Part shown: in pieces, positions 33,700 through 45,699 of the stretch | How the letters are laid out: the number at the start of each line of letters is the position of its first letter | Numbering within the stretch: position 1 is the stretch's first letter | DNA from: the human T2T-CHM13v2.0 reference genome, Homo sapiens | Strand: one strand, 5' to 3' | Assembly: GCF_009914755.1 (NCBI RefSeq) | Contig: NC_060939.1 | Length of the DNA: 64,000 nt | The notes under the pieces: model-generated | What the model was told of the DNA's origin: nothing | The model's input: only the letters and a program-made list of their open reading frames with translations | The model's database searches: none | Program-made: the position numbers and the translations under genes

Positions 33700-33823
33700 C
33701 CGGGGAGGGGAGGAGCGGCCGGGGGCGAGGCGGGGGCTCCTTCGCTTGGGCCTCGCCCCCGCCCGCACACCTGTGCGGCCAGGACTCGGGTGCGGGATCC
33801 GCGGGCGCCGGCGGCCGGCGCAG
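33700..33823 (+). other. FURIN: FURIN alternative non-coding first exon (downstream CpG-island exon)
   Basis: Donor GCAG|GTAGGT at 33823/33824; 5' boundary unknown. Confidence 0.6.
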
Positions 33824-36600
33824 GTAGGTCCCTGGGCTGCCTTCTGCCGCGGCCTGGCCGAGGCCCCTGTGCCCCCGCTGTGTGGCTGGACCAAGGGGCG
33901 GCCTGCTTGCCAGACAGGTCTGACGGCAGTCACTTGTCTGGTCAGAACCCGCTTTCCCATCATCCTCTACCCCCTGGCCCCTGGGGTGCAGACCCTCATC
34001 CACCGGAGAGTGTTGGGATTCCTATTCTGACTTGGGAAGTGCGAGGAGAACCCGGGTGATATGGCCTGGTGAGGGCGGGTGCTGAGCAGGTGTGGACACA
34101 GCATAGGAGATTAGCCAAGCCTGACCTCTTCTCAAGCAGGGCAGCCCTCGTTTTACTATTTCCTATATTGGGCTTCTACGGAGCATTTGATTTTTAAAAA
34201 GGATTCTGTGGCTTTTTAAAAAGTTTGAAAGCCGCTGGTCCAGCAGTTTTTACCACCAAGGAAACTGAGGCCCAGGGAGAGGAAGTGACTTGTTAAGATC
34301 ATCCAGCAAATAGTGGGCAGGGACTGGGAGCGATAAATTCACGGGAGCCTCCCAGGGCTGGTAACAGGACCCCGCGTGGTGTCTCTGCTAGAGGGAGAGA
34401 CTGATTGGGTGTCCGAGTGGCCCTCCCGTGGCCTGCTCTGTGGCTGTGTCAGAGCCAGACCCCCAGTGTCTGGGAAACAGCAGTCGGTCCTGGGGTGAGG
34501 CGCAATTTGAGTGGCCCAGAGTGGCTCTCTGTGTCAGGAGGTTCTGGTGCTGGAGAAAAGGGCTTTGCCCAAGAACACAGCCAGGAAGAGCACCCACAGC
34601 TCTCTCTGGCCACAGCCTGGAACAGAGTCCCATGTGAAACAAGACCATGAGAAATACAGCAAGCCTCCAGGTTTGAGACAAACTGGGACTAGAGGGTGAG
34701 TCAGAGTCTGGGATGGGGGTGGGGAGAAACCCATTCATTCATTGTTTTCAGTTCTTACTCTTTTCGGGGATCCTCCCTTGTCCCACATGCTGTGGCAGAG
34801 CCGTCTGTGGGGGTCTCATTTTCTGGAAGCCATCCCCACCCCTCACCATGGCTGGGGTTGTTGGATAGAGGGAGGCTGGCCCTCTTTCTTTGGGGGGACT
34901 GTTCAGTTGCGCCTGAAGCCTGCTTTCTTTCCGAGTGCTGCAAGGTAATTAAATAGTTGGTTAATCACTTTTAACGCCAAACAGCTGCGGCTCCATCTAC
35001 AGTGTGCTGGAATCTGGGCTAGACCCAGATGAACCCAGCCTCGATTTGGGGGCTCCAGCAGGACTCACAGCACGGTGGTTGGTGGTGGTGGGGGCAGGGG
35101 GGTGGTTGCATGACATCTGGACCCAAGAGGCAGCTGTTGTGGCAGCAAGAGAGAGGAGAGAGATGAGGCCCCGTTCCTATATGGCTCTGCTCCCAGGGTC
35201 CCACATCCTCTGTTAAATGAGGGACTTGGGGTGGGGGGGGCGGTCCTTCCATCCCCTAGGGCTGGGGCGCCTAGCTGCCCAGCCATTGATCAGGCCAGCT
35301 TTCTGGAACCAACCACCCAAAGCACCATGGGGCTGTGGTTCCGAGGCCTGCCCTGGAAGTCCTGTGGAGTCTGCCCGCAGGGATGTGCAGGAGCTGTATT
35401 GTAGATGTCTCCTGCCATCAGCTGTCAGGTTATTTTGGTCCAAACTGAAAATACTCCAGGAATTGTGTGTGGAGTACCCCCAGCCTGCAGGGTGGGACTG
35501 CAGCAGTCAGGGAGGCCGGTTGTGTCTAAGGGCAGCTTCTGGAGAAGCAAGGAGTTTTCTGTGGTGAGCCTGCCTCTCTAGCTCCCCAGGGCCTACGTGA
35601 GCTGGGGTGCCTTCCTTTTGGTATCCGGCAGAGTGGCCTTGGCTATGGAAGTGCTAAGGGCATCCAGGGCCCTGCTGCTGCTCAGGGAGCTTGGCACTGA
35701 TATGGGATACCCCCAGCAGCACTGCTGGGACCTCCCCTAGCTTCCCCCCCTTCCTCCAGGGCCTTGGCTTCTGGCTAGTCAGGGGCACTATGTGGGGACA
35801 GTTATGTGGCCCCGGGCAGAGAGAGGTCCCGCCGTCTGTTTGCTGAAGGAGGAAAAACAACACTCGGACTATTGATTCAGTCTCACCTTGGCGCTCCTGG
35901 CTCAGCAGCCAGTGTTTGCCCTGGCTGCCTGGGCTCGGATTACGCAAGGCTGGTGGGCGTGGAGCAAGCAAGGGGGCAGCTGGGGGCCTCCAGGCCCAGG
36001 CAGGGCAGGGCTTGGCGGCCCCAGCGTTCCCCAGGAAACTGTAAAAACGAGTCTGGGGCCCTGACTTTGCTGATAGCGGCCATCTCAGCCATAGAGGGAG
36101 GTGAAGCCTCTGTGATCTCCACCCCCGCACCCCCTCAGGACATGGCCCCTAAAAGCACCATCCCATTTAGGGTCACCCATTTTCTTCCTAGGAGCTGTGG
36201 GGCTTTGCGAATAACTCCCTATGGCTGAATCTGCTTTGCTGAACTAGGAAACCCTAGTGAGTTGTATAGATGCCATTCATTTAAGAACCTTGAAAAGCCA
36301 ACATCTTATTCCCATGTAAAACATACCTAGGTGATTTGGAGAATACAGTGACACAAAGAAGAAAATAACAATTACTTGTAATTCTCACCATCTTGAGAGA
36401 ACCACCGTTAACATTTTTTAGCGTGTGTATCCTTCCAGATTTCGCTTTAGTTTGTATAAATATACATGTATAAATAGTTTTTAAAAAATAAAATGGGATT
36501 ATGTGTACATACTGCTTTATAATGCATCTTCTTTACCTTGATCATGGTGAACATTTATTCATTTGTTGTTTCTGATTTTGAGTGACTCAGGGCTTGATAG

Positions 36601-36929
<329 letters not shown>

Positions 36930-37336
36930 CTTCTGTTACATTTCTTATATTCTTGCATGGAGAAAGGATTGGGGGGGATTGTGAGGGCATCCATCTGTCC
37001 ATCTATGTGGCTGGCCTTGGGGGCTAGATTTCTTCTGGGGAGGACTAATTTTTTTACCCTTCTCCCCCAGATCTCATTTCAGGCCCCAATTGAAACTTGG
37101 GGTGGGCAGGGCAGCTTTAGTGCGTAGCAGGGGAGGAACTGACCCTCTCTCCCCTTTTCCCCTCTTGTTCCTCTCAGGGTCGGCACTCTTCACCCTCCCG
37201 AGCCCTGCCCGTCTCGGCCCCATGCCCCCACCAGTCAGCCCCGGGCCACAGGCAGTGAGCAGGCACCTGGGAGCCGAGGCCCTGTGACCAGGCCAAGGAG
37301 ACGGGCGCTCCAGGGTCCCAGCCACCTGTCCCCCCC

Positions 37337-37513
37337 ATGGAGCTGAGGCCCTGGTTGCTATGGGTGGTAGCAGCAACAGGAACCTTGGTCCTGCTAGCAG
37401 CTGATGCTCAGGGCCAGAAGGTCTTCACCAACACGTGGGCTGTGCGCATCCCTGGAGGCCCAGCGGTGGCCAACAGTGTGGCACGGAAGCATGGGTTCCT
37501 CAACCTGGGCCAG
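37337..37513 (+). CDS. FURIN: FURIN exon 2, coding part (signal peptide, start of prodomain)
   Basis: [15 protein letters not shown]...GFLNLGQ; donor CAG|GTAGGT; exon acceptor at 37178 (ctctcag|GGTC). Confidence 0.98.
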
Positions 37514-40500
37514 GTAGGTGTTCCCCCACAGGACACTGCCAGGGGGTGGGACCAGAGAAGACAGGGATTCTGGGAGCAGGAGCTGTTGGCCTTGTTTGCT
37601 CAGGGGCATCTGGGTAGCCGGCATGTTCTGGGTGGCCATGAGCAAAGCACAGGTGGTTCAGGCAAGCAGCATATCCCAGTGAGAGTGAGTCCTCATGGTC
37701 CCCGCATTTTGCTGGGTCCCGGACAGGGAGCAGATGCCCCGCACCCCCGACCGTGGCGAGCCTCCCATGAAGCCGTTGTCCACCCCCGTCCCCCGCCTCC
37801 CCGGGGACTGACAGATGGAAAGCCCAGCTCAGTCTCCCTGCTCTATTGCAGATCTTCGGGGACTATTACCACTTCTGGCATCGAGGAGTGACGAAGCGGT
37901 CCCTGTCGCCTCACCGCCCGCGGCACAGCCGGCTGCAGAGGGAGCCTCAAGTGAGTGTGGCCCCAGCCCCCTCCTGCTGCCACCCTCCCCCTCCTGCTCT
38001 CAGGAGCCCCTCTCGCCTCCTGCTCCACCCACACCATCTCTCCCTCACTCCCCCACAGGTACAGTGGCTGGAACAGCAGGTGGCAAAGCGACGGACTAAA
38101 CGGGACGTGTACCAGGAGCCCACAGACCCCAAGTTTCCTCAGCAGTGGTACCTGGTACGTGGCCTTCTTCGCTGCTGGGACCTCCTCCCCAGATGCACCA
38201 TCCACCCACTATGAGCTCTTGGATGGAGGAGGCTGTCTTCGAGGCCTCCTCTGATTCGTTTCCTTTCCTCCTGCTGGGCAGTCTCTCCTTGGCCCATCCT
38301 AATAAGCAAGCCTGGGGGTGGCCCTCCCAGAGTCCTCTACATTCCCATGGAGTCCAGACAGCCAGTGGCGGCCTTTCAGGAGCAGGGATGGTACAGGAGG
38401 AGGTTTTACGGGGGCAAAGGGATTCTTCAAGATGCTCCTAGCCTCACAAAACCAATCATGTCTCATAAGTGATGGGGTGGGTGTCTCCACAGTCTGGTGT
38501 CACTCAGCGGGACCTGAATGTGAAGGCGGCCTGGGCGCAGGGCTACACAGGGCACGGCATTGTGGTCTCCATTCTGGACGATGGCATCGAGAAGAACCAC
38601 CCGGACTTGGCAGGCAATTATGTGAGGAAGTCGGGGAGGGAGGCCGTGATCCCTGCTGAGGTGTGTCTAGAGGCTGTCTTGTTCTATCAGTGAGGTCAGC
38701 CTTCTCCTGATGGTGGCCAAATCCTTCTTAGGATCCTGGGGCCAGTTTTGATGTCAATGACCAGGACCCTGACCCCCAGCCTCGGTACACACAGATGAAT
38801 GACAACAGGTAAGAAGTGGCAGGCCCCGGTCTCTGCCTCCCTTCTCCTTTCTTCCACTAAGGAACAGGGCTGAGCCTGGGTGAGATGTGCCTTGCCTAAA
38901 AGGCTGAGGCTTTTCCCACAGTCCTGGCCCACCTGGGGCTCTGAGGGAGGGCTCGGTCAGAGTGGAGATGGCCACAGGCCCAGTGGAGTGTGGGAGATGG
39001 GGGCTGGGTACTCAGGGGATGATGGGTGTCGGATGTGCGGATCCCTCGTGCTCCTCAGGCCACATCTGCCGGGCCCTGTTCACCCCATTTGTTCTACTCA
39101 TGCTACGTGCTTGGCCCTGGCAGGCACGGCACACGGTGTGCGGGGGAAGTGGCTGCGGTGGCCAACAACGGTGTCTGTGGTGTAGGTGTGGCCTACAACG
39201 CCCGCATTGGAGGTGAGTGTGGGCCTGGGCCACCCTGTCTTCAGGAGGGCCCTTCAGTGGAATTTTTCCCGCCCACTTCCCATCTGGCCAATGCCTGCCA
39301 CTTTCCGACTGTGGATCCTTTGATCACGTGGCTGTTCCACGGAGGGTTCCCAAAGGGTCAAAGACTGAAAGAGCTGGACCCCTGTGGAGTGAGGGTTTCC
39401 TAGCAGGAGTCTCCTGAAATCCTCACGACCCACTGTGAGTCCTCACGTGGCAGATCCTTGATCACCAGGCTCTTTTGGGAACCAGAGACTCTTTCTAGTC
39501 CTGAATGTGTGGTTGGGGGCAGGAGGTGTTCTCTTTTTCCTTCTCTGGGTCTTGTCTTTGAAAGGCAGAGGCAAACAGGTAGTTGGGGGTTCAGGGTTTC
39601 TCAGCATCAGCCTCCACCCTTCCCTTACTCATCCCCTGGGGTGCAGGGCCGGGTGTGCTCCTTGGGGTGGGGGCCCTGACAGCTGGACCCATGCAGCATC
39701 CCTCTTCGTGCCCCCCCTTCACGGCCAGGGGTGCGCATGCTGGATGGCGAGGTGACAGATGCAGTGGAGGCACGCTCGCTGGGCCTGAACCCCAACCACA
39801 TCCACATCTACAGTGCCAGCTGGGGCCCCGAGGATGACGGCAAGACAGTGGATGGGCCAGCCCGCCTCGCCGAGGAGGCCTTCTTCCGTGGGGTTAGCCA
39901 GGTGAGGTGGGGATCTGTCCAGCCCCTGCGGGCAGGTTGGGTGCTGTCTTCCGTACCTATCTTGTGTTTTTTGGTTTGTTTTATTTATTCTCATGTTTAA
40001 CTTTACACAAAGCATGTTTATTGAAACATTAAGGGACAGAAGAAGAGTAGAGTGCATATACCACTTGGACTTGCCTAATTAAAAAACACATTTTTTTTAG
40101 AAATGAGGTCTTGCTGTGTTACCCAGGCTGGTCTCAAACTCCTGGCCTCAAGCGATCCTCCCGCCTTGGCCTCTTGGTCTGATTTTTTGTGTGCCTAGAT
40201 AGACATATTTGGATACATACTTGATCCACCAGGGATCTCACAGGGGACAGGAGGTTCCCAGAGAATGAGGCTCCAGCCTTCCCAGTTTTCCAGCAGTGTC
40301 CTCCTGCCAGCCCTCCCTCAAGTCCCAATCTTGAATGACCCCAGCCCACTCTGTCCACAGGGCCGAGGGGGGCTGGGCTCCATCTTTGTCTGGGCCTCGG
40401 GGAACGGGGGCCGGGAACATGACAGCTGCAACTGCGACGGCTACACCAACAGTATCTACACGCTGTCCATCAGCAGCGCCACGCAGTTTGGCAACGTGCC

Positions 40501-43475
40501 GTGGTACAGCGAGGCCTGCTCGTCCACACTGGCCACGACCTACAGCAGTGGCAACCAGAATGAGAAGCAGATCGTGAGTCTTACCTGGGGGTGGGGGCTG
40601 GGGAGATGGGGCTGCTGGCTGGCTCTGTCCAGCACCCTCTTTTGGAGGCTGTCTGCCTCCACCCCCATGTGGCTGGGTGATAGTGGCTCAGGCATCATGC
40701 AACATGAACTCTGGGGCTCTGTAGGTTCTTGGAGGCCATGGAGCCATCTCTGAAGACTTTGAAAAGCCTAGACTCTCTCTAAAAACATACTTTGTTCTTA
40801 TTCATCTCCACCCTCTAGTTGAACCCCCTTATTCCTTTGGAAAATGAGGCCCAGGAGGGGCTCGTCATTAGCATGTCCACGGCAAGTTAGCAAGGCAGCA
40901 GCTGGGACCCGGGGTTCTTGGCCCTGGCTCCCCATACCATCTGTGGTGCCCAGGGCCTGTATGCAGAGGGAGGGTAGGCAGGTGGCTCCTCTAGCCCCCT
41001 CCACCCATCACAGGCCCCAATATGATTCTCTTCCTGGCAGGTGACGACTGACTTGCGGCAGAAGTGCACGGAGTCTCACACGGGCACCTCAGCCTCTGCC
41101 CCCTTAGCAGCCGGCATCATTGCTCTCACCCTGGAGGCCAAGTAAGTGGGTGGGGGCCAGCGGCAACCCTGTCCCTACCAGCACTCTCTGTAGGGCAGCC
41201 CTTAGGGCAGCTGGAGAGCTGCTCCCAAAAAAGACTGATCCCCAGCCTCTCCCTTCCTTCTTTGCAGTAAGAACCTCACATGGCGGGACATGCAACACCT
41301 GGTGGTACAGACCTCGAAGCCAGCCCACCTCAATGCCAACGACTGGGCCACCAATGGTGTGGGCCGGAAAGGTGAGGGCAGGCTGGCCCGGCAGGCTGGA
41401 TGTGGAGTTAGGTAGAAGGCACTCTGTGCCTGACAGCTGACCCTACCTTCCCTGTCCCCACAGTGAGCCACTCATATGGCTACGGGCTTTTGGACGCAGG
41501 CGCCATGGTGGCCCTGGCCCAGAATTGGACCACAGTGGCCCCCCAGCGGAAGTGCATCATCGACATCCTCACCGAGCCCAAGTGAGGGCTGGACCCAGGC
41601 TGGGAGGGGGCCAGTGGGACCTGAGAGTCGCAGGGGGTGCCCGCTGGTCCCTCTGGGCCAGGCTGACCATCATGGTGCTCTCCTGCACAGAGACATCGGG
41701 AAACGGCTCGAGGTGCGGAAGACCGTGACCGCGTGCCTGGGCGAGCCCAACCACATCACTCGGCTGGAGCACGCTCAGGCGCGGCTCACCCTGTCCTATA
41801 ATCGCCGTGGCGACCTGGCCATCCACCTGGTCAGCCCCATGGGCACCCGCTCCACCCTGCTGGCAGCCAGGTGCTTGCTCTGTCCCTGCCCGCCCTGCCC
41901 AGCGCCGCCTCCTCTCACAGCCCGCGTGCTTGCCTTTGCTCGCTCACACGGCCCAGGGGGCACTGAGTGCTACTCAGTGGGGCACTCTTGGCATTTTGGG
42001 AGGGACAATTTTGTCCTGTGGGACTGTCCCATGTTGCAGGAATCCCTGGCTTGCAACCATTTAATGTCAGTAGTGTGCCCCACCTTGTGCGGTGCCTGTG
42101 TACCTTTCTAGAATCCCCCAGTTGAGCACGTCTGGCTCACTGAGAAACAGCCAAGCCAGCAGGCACTTCTGGCCCCATGGGGTTGGTCTGCGTGGGGGAA
42201 GGGTGTGTGGCCCATGTGCTGTGGGTTAGATGTCCCTGGCTTGGGGTCCCGCAGAGGCCTCAGGGCTGTGTGCACTCCCCTCCCCAGGCCACATGACTAC
42301 TCCGCAGATGGGTTTAATGACTGGGCCTTCATGACAACTCATTCCTGGGATGAGGATCCCTCTGGCGAGTGGGTCCTAGAGATTGAAAACACCAGCGAAG
42401 CCAACAACTATGGTACTGGGGGCACTTGAGGGGTAGGGGTACGAGGTGGAGGGCTGGCAGGATCTCGAGCACTGGGTGTGGTGCCAGCACTGTCTTAACT
42501 CTTGCCTCCTCCCCGCTCTGGAACAGGGACGCTGACCAAGTTCACCCTCGTACTCTATGGCACCGCCCCTGAGGGGCTGCCCGTACCTCCAGAAAGCAGT
42601 GGCTGCAAGACCCTCACGTCCAGTCAGGCCTGTGTGGGTCAGTAGTGGGTGCTGTTGGGCTTTGGGGGCCTGAGTCTGGGGGTAAGGCGGGTGCCTGTCC
42701 TGAAGCCCAGCTCTAACAGAAAAAAGTCTCAAGAGACCTAGGGCCCCTGGGGCTCTTGGGATGACCACAGTCCTGGGGCTGGAGGATCCTGGGGATGTGG
42801 TGACTTGGCTTGGGGCTGCTGTGGTCCTGGGGCTACAGTCTGTTTAGCTGACACACACTTGCCCTCTCTCCCACGCCGGCAGTGTGCGAGGAAGGCTTCT
42901 CCCTGCACCAGAAGAGCTGTGTCCAGCACTGCCCTCCAGGCTTCGCCCCCCAAGTCCTCGATACGCACTATAGCACCGAGAATGACGTGGAGACCATCCG
43001 GGCCAGCGTCTGCGCCCCCTGCCACGCCTCATGTGCCACATGCCAGGGGCCGGCCCTGACAGACTGCCTCAGCTGCCCCAGCCACGCCTCCTTGGACCCT
43101 GTGGAGCAGACTTGCTCCCGGCAAAGCCAGAGCAGCCGAGAGTCCCCGCCACAGCAGCAGCCACCTCGGCTGCCCCCGGAGGTGGAGGCGGGGCAACGGC
43201 TGCGGGCAGGGCTGCTGCCCTCACACCTGCCTGAGGTGGTGGCCGGCCTCAGCTGCGCCTTCATCGTGCTGGTCTTCGTCACTGTCTTCCTGGTCCTGCA
43301 GCTGCGCTCTGGCTTTAGTTTTCGGGGGGTGAAGGTGTACACCATGGACCGTGGCCTCATCTCCTACAAGGGGCTGCCCCCTGAAGCCTGGCAGGAGGAG
43401 TGCCCGTCTGACTCAGAAGAGGACGAGGGCCGGGGCGAGAGGACCGCCTTTATCAAAGACCAGAGCGCCCTCTGA
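37337..43475 (+). CDS. FURIN: Furin, proprotein convertase (PCSK3/PACE), spliced CDS with 15 coding exons, 794 aa
   Basis: Exons 37337-37513, 37852-37950, 38059-38154, 38493-38621, 38732-38808, 39124-39212, 39729-39901, 40361-40573, 41041-41141, 41268-41371, 41464-41581, 41691-41870, 42288-42412, 42527-42637, 42883-43475. All introns GT-AG with consistent phases; total 2385 nt = 794 aa + stop. Shows signal peptide, RTKR autocleavage site, subtilase motifs ILDDG / HGTRC / ASGNGG / GTSAS, RGD P-domain, Cys-rich region, TM, and YKGL and SDSEEDE tail. Confidence 0.99.
37852..37950 (+). CDS. FURIN: FURIN exon 3
   Basis: [20 protein letters not shown]...REPQ; tgcag| acceptor, |gtgagt donor. Confidence 0.97.
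38059..38154 (+). CDS. FURIN: FURIN exon 4 (RTKR propeptide cleavage site)
   Basis: [32 protein letters not shown]. Confidence 0.97.
38493..38621 (+). CDS. FURIN: FURIN exon 5 (catalytic Asp)
   Basis: [10 protein letters not shown]...[18 protein letters not shown]. Confidence 0.97.
38732..38808 (+). CDS. FURIN: FURIN exon 6
   Basis: [25 protein letters not shown]; donor AG|GTAAGA. Confidence 0.97.
39124..39212 (+). CDS. FURIN: FURIN exon 7 (catalytic His)
   Basis: [29 protein letters not shown]. Confidence 0.97.
39729..39901 (+). CDS. FURIN: FURIN exon 8
   Basis: [14 protein letters not shown]...[16 protein letters not shown]...RGVSQ. Confidence 0.97.
40361..40573 (+). CDS. FURIN: FURIN exon 9 (oxyanion Asn)
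   Basis: [28 protein letters not shown]...NEKQI. Confidence 0.97.
41041..41141 (+). CDS. FURIN: FURIN exon 10 (catalytic Ser)
   Basis: [33 protein letters not shown]. Confidence 0.97.
41268..41371 (+). CDS. FURIN: FURIN exon 11
   Basis: [34 protein letters not shown]. Confidence 0.97.
41464..41581 (+). CDS. FURIN: FURIN exon 12
   Basis: [38 protein letters not shown]. Confidence 0.97.
41691..41870 (+). CDS. FURIN: FURIN exon 13 (P domain, RGD)
   Basis: [10 protein letters not shown]...[24 protein letters not shown]. Confidence 0.97.
42288..42412 (+). CDS. FURIN: FURIN exon 14
   Basis: [41 protein letters not shown]. Confidence 0.97.
42527..42637 (+). CDS. FURIN: FURIN exon 15
   Basis: [36 protein letters not shown]. 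Confidence 0.96.
42883..43475 (+). CDS. FURIN: FURIN exon 16, coding part (Cys-rich region, TM, cytoplasmic tail)
   Basis: [16 protein letters not shown]...[21 protein letters not shown]...[36 protein letters not shown]; tandem TGA TGA stop. Confidence 0.98.
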
Positions 43476-45055
43476 TGAGCCCACTGCCCACCCCCTCAAG
43501 CCAATCCCCTCCTTGGGCACTTTTTAATTCACCAAAGTATTTTTTTATCTTGGGACTGGGTTTGGACCCCAGCTGGGAGGCAAGAGGGGTGGAGACTGTT
43601 TCCCATCCTACCCTCGGGCCCACCTGGCCACCTGAGGTGGGCCCAGGACCAGCTGGGGCGTGGGGAGGGCCGTACCCCACCCTCAGCACCCCTTCCATGT
43701 GGAGAAAGGAGTGAAACCTTTAGGGCAGCTTGCCCCGGCCCCGGCCCCAGCCAGAGTTCCTGCGGAGTGAAGAGGGGCAGCCCTTGCTTGTTGGGATTCC
43801 TGACCCAGGCCGCAGCTCTTGCCCTTCCCTGTCCCTCTAAAGCAATAATGGTCCCATCCAGGCAGTCGGGGGCTGGCCTAGGAGATATCTGAGGGAGGAG
43901 GCCACCTCTCCAAGGGCTTCTGCACCCTCCACCCTGTCCCCCAGCTCTGGTGAGTCTTGGCGGCAGCAGCCATCATAGGAAGGGACCAAGGCAAGGCAGG
44001 TGCCTCCAGGTGTGCACGTGGCATGTGGCCTGTGGCCTGTGTCCCATGACCCACCCCTGTGCTCCGTGCCTCCACCACCACTGGCCACCAGGCTGGCGCA
44101 GCCAAGGCCGAAGCTCTGGCTGAACCCTGTGCTGGTGTCCTGACCACCCTCCCCTCTCTTGCACCCGCCTCTCCCGTCAGGGCCCAAGTCCCTGTTTTCT
44201 GAGCCCGGGCTGCCTGGGCTGTTGGCACTCACAGACCTGGAGCCCCTGGGTGGGTGGTGGGGAGGGGCGCTGGCCCAGCCGGCCTCTCTGGCCTCCCACC
44301 CGATGCTGCTTTCCCCTGTGGGGATCTCAGGGGCTGTTTGAGGATATATTTTCACTTTGTGATTATTTCACTTTAGATGCTGATGATTTGTTTTTGTATT
44401 TTTAATGGGGGTAGCAGCTGGACTACCCACGTTCTCACACCCACCGTCCGCCCTGCTCCTCCCTGGCTGCCCTGGCCCTGAGGTGTGGGGGCTGCAGCAT
44501 GTTGCTGAGGAGTGAGGAATAGTTGAGCCCCAAGTCCTGAAGAGGCGGGCCAGCCAGGCGGGCTCAAGGAAAGGGGGTCCCAGTGGGAGGGGCAGGCTGA
44601 CATCTGTGTTTCAAGTGGGGCTCGCCATGCCGGGGGTTCATAGGTCACTGGCTCTCCAAGTGCCAGAGGTGGGCAGGTGGTGGCACTGAGCCCCCCCAAC
44701 ACTGTGCCCTGGTGGAGAAAGCACTGACCTGTCATGCCCCCCTCAAACCTCCTCTTCTGACGTGCCTTTTGCACCCCTCCCATTAGGACAATCAGTCCCC
44801 TCCCATCTGGGAGTCCCCTTTTCTTTTCTACCCTAGCCATTCCTGGTACCCAGCCATCTGCCCAGGGGTGCCCCCTCCTCTCCCATCCCCCTGCCCTCGT
44901 GGCCAGCCCGGCTGGTTTTGTAAGATACTGGGTTGGTGCACAGTGATTTTTTTCTTGTAATTTAAACAGGCCCAGCATTGCTGGTTCTATTTAATGGACA
45001 TGAGATAATGTTAGAGGTTTTAAAGTGATTAAACGTGCAGACTATGCAAACCAGG
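43476..45055 (+). other. FURIN: FURIN 3'UTR (about 1.6 kb)
   Basis: Runs from the stop codon to ATTAAA at 45028-45033; the 3' end is approximate. Confidence 0.9.
45028..45033 (+). terminator. FURIN polyadenylation signal (ATTAAA variant)
   Basis: ATTAAA in an AT-rich patch with GT-rich sequence downstream. Confidence 0.85.
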
Positions 45056-45699
45056 CCCAGTCTCCAGTGTGGTACCGTTGCTCCTGCATCGCAGCTGAGG
45101 ATAGGGGGCCAGTTAGGCCTACACAGTGGCCTGCCTGCCTGGATGTGGGCCCAAGTCAGAAGGCCAAAGTCCTCCAAGGGGCGGGAGGATGCGCCAGCCC
45201 CTAGTGGAGGAGCTGGTGCCCCTGGGGTGGGGCTGGTGACCCCTGGTCCTCAGGAGCTGAGCACTAAACTCCCAAAGTCCTGGTTTCCAGCAGTGTGAAG
45301 AACTGGGCCTATTGTGTCTTCCTGGGCTGAAGTGATCTGGTCGCCACAGGCTATAGGGCTGAGGCCTAAGGTGGAGGGAGGCCTGACTGAATCAAGATGA
45401 CTTCTTGTGGGGAGCCTGAGTCCCAAATGGAAAACTCCACGCCTGTCCGCTCCCCAACCCCTGCCCCTTGATTTCCCCAGGTCTCCCTTGGGACAGGAAG
45501 CCCCTGCCTGGGGGTAGGAGGATGGGGACAAAACCACTAGGATCTGTATCCGAGAAGCAGTCTCTGTTCGGGATATTTACTTGGAAATTTTATTCAAATG
45601 GAAGCTGGCGCCTGAGCCTCTCCTTAGGGAATTCCGTGAGGTGGGGAGGGCTGGGACCAGGGTTCCCTCTTTCTCTTCTGCGGTGGCCCTGGCCTGGTG

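Larger units (their letters stand above)
32280..33920. promoter_or_regulatory. CpG island with FURIN GC-rich promoters P1A/P1B
   Basis: Extremely GC- and CpG-rich, many GC boxes, no TATA; two strong donors at 33202|GTAAGT and 33823|GTAGGT. Confidence 0.92.

Noticed and set aside
32168-33963. Long ORFs of 438, 505 and 435 aa on both strands
   Set aside because: They overlap a very GC-rich CpG island where stop codons are scarce, and the translations are low-complexity R/G/P/A with no domain.
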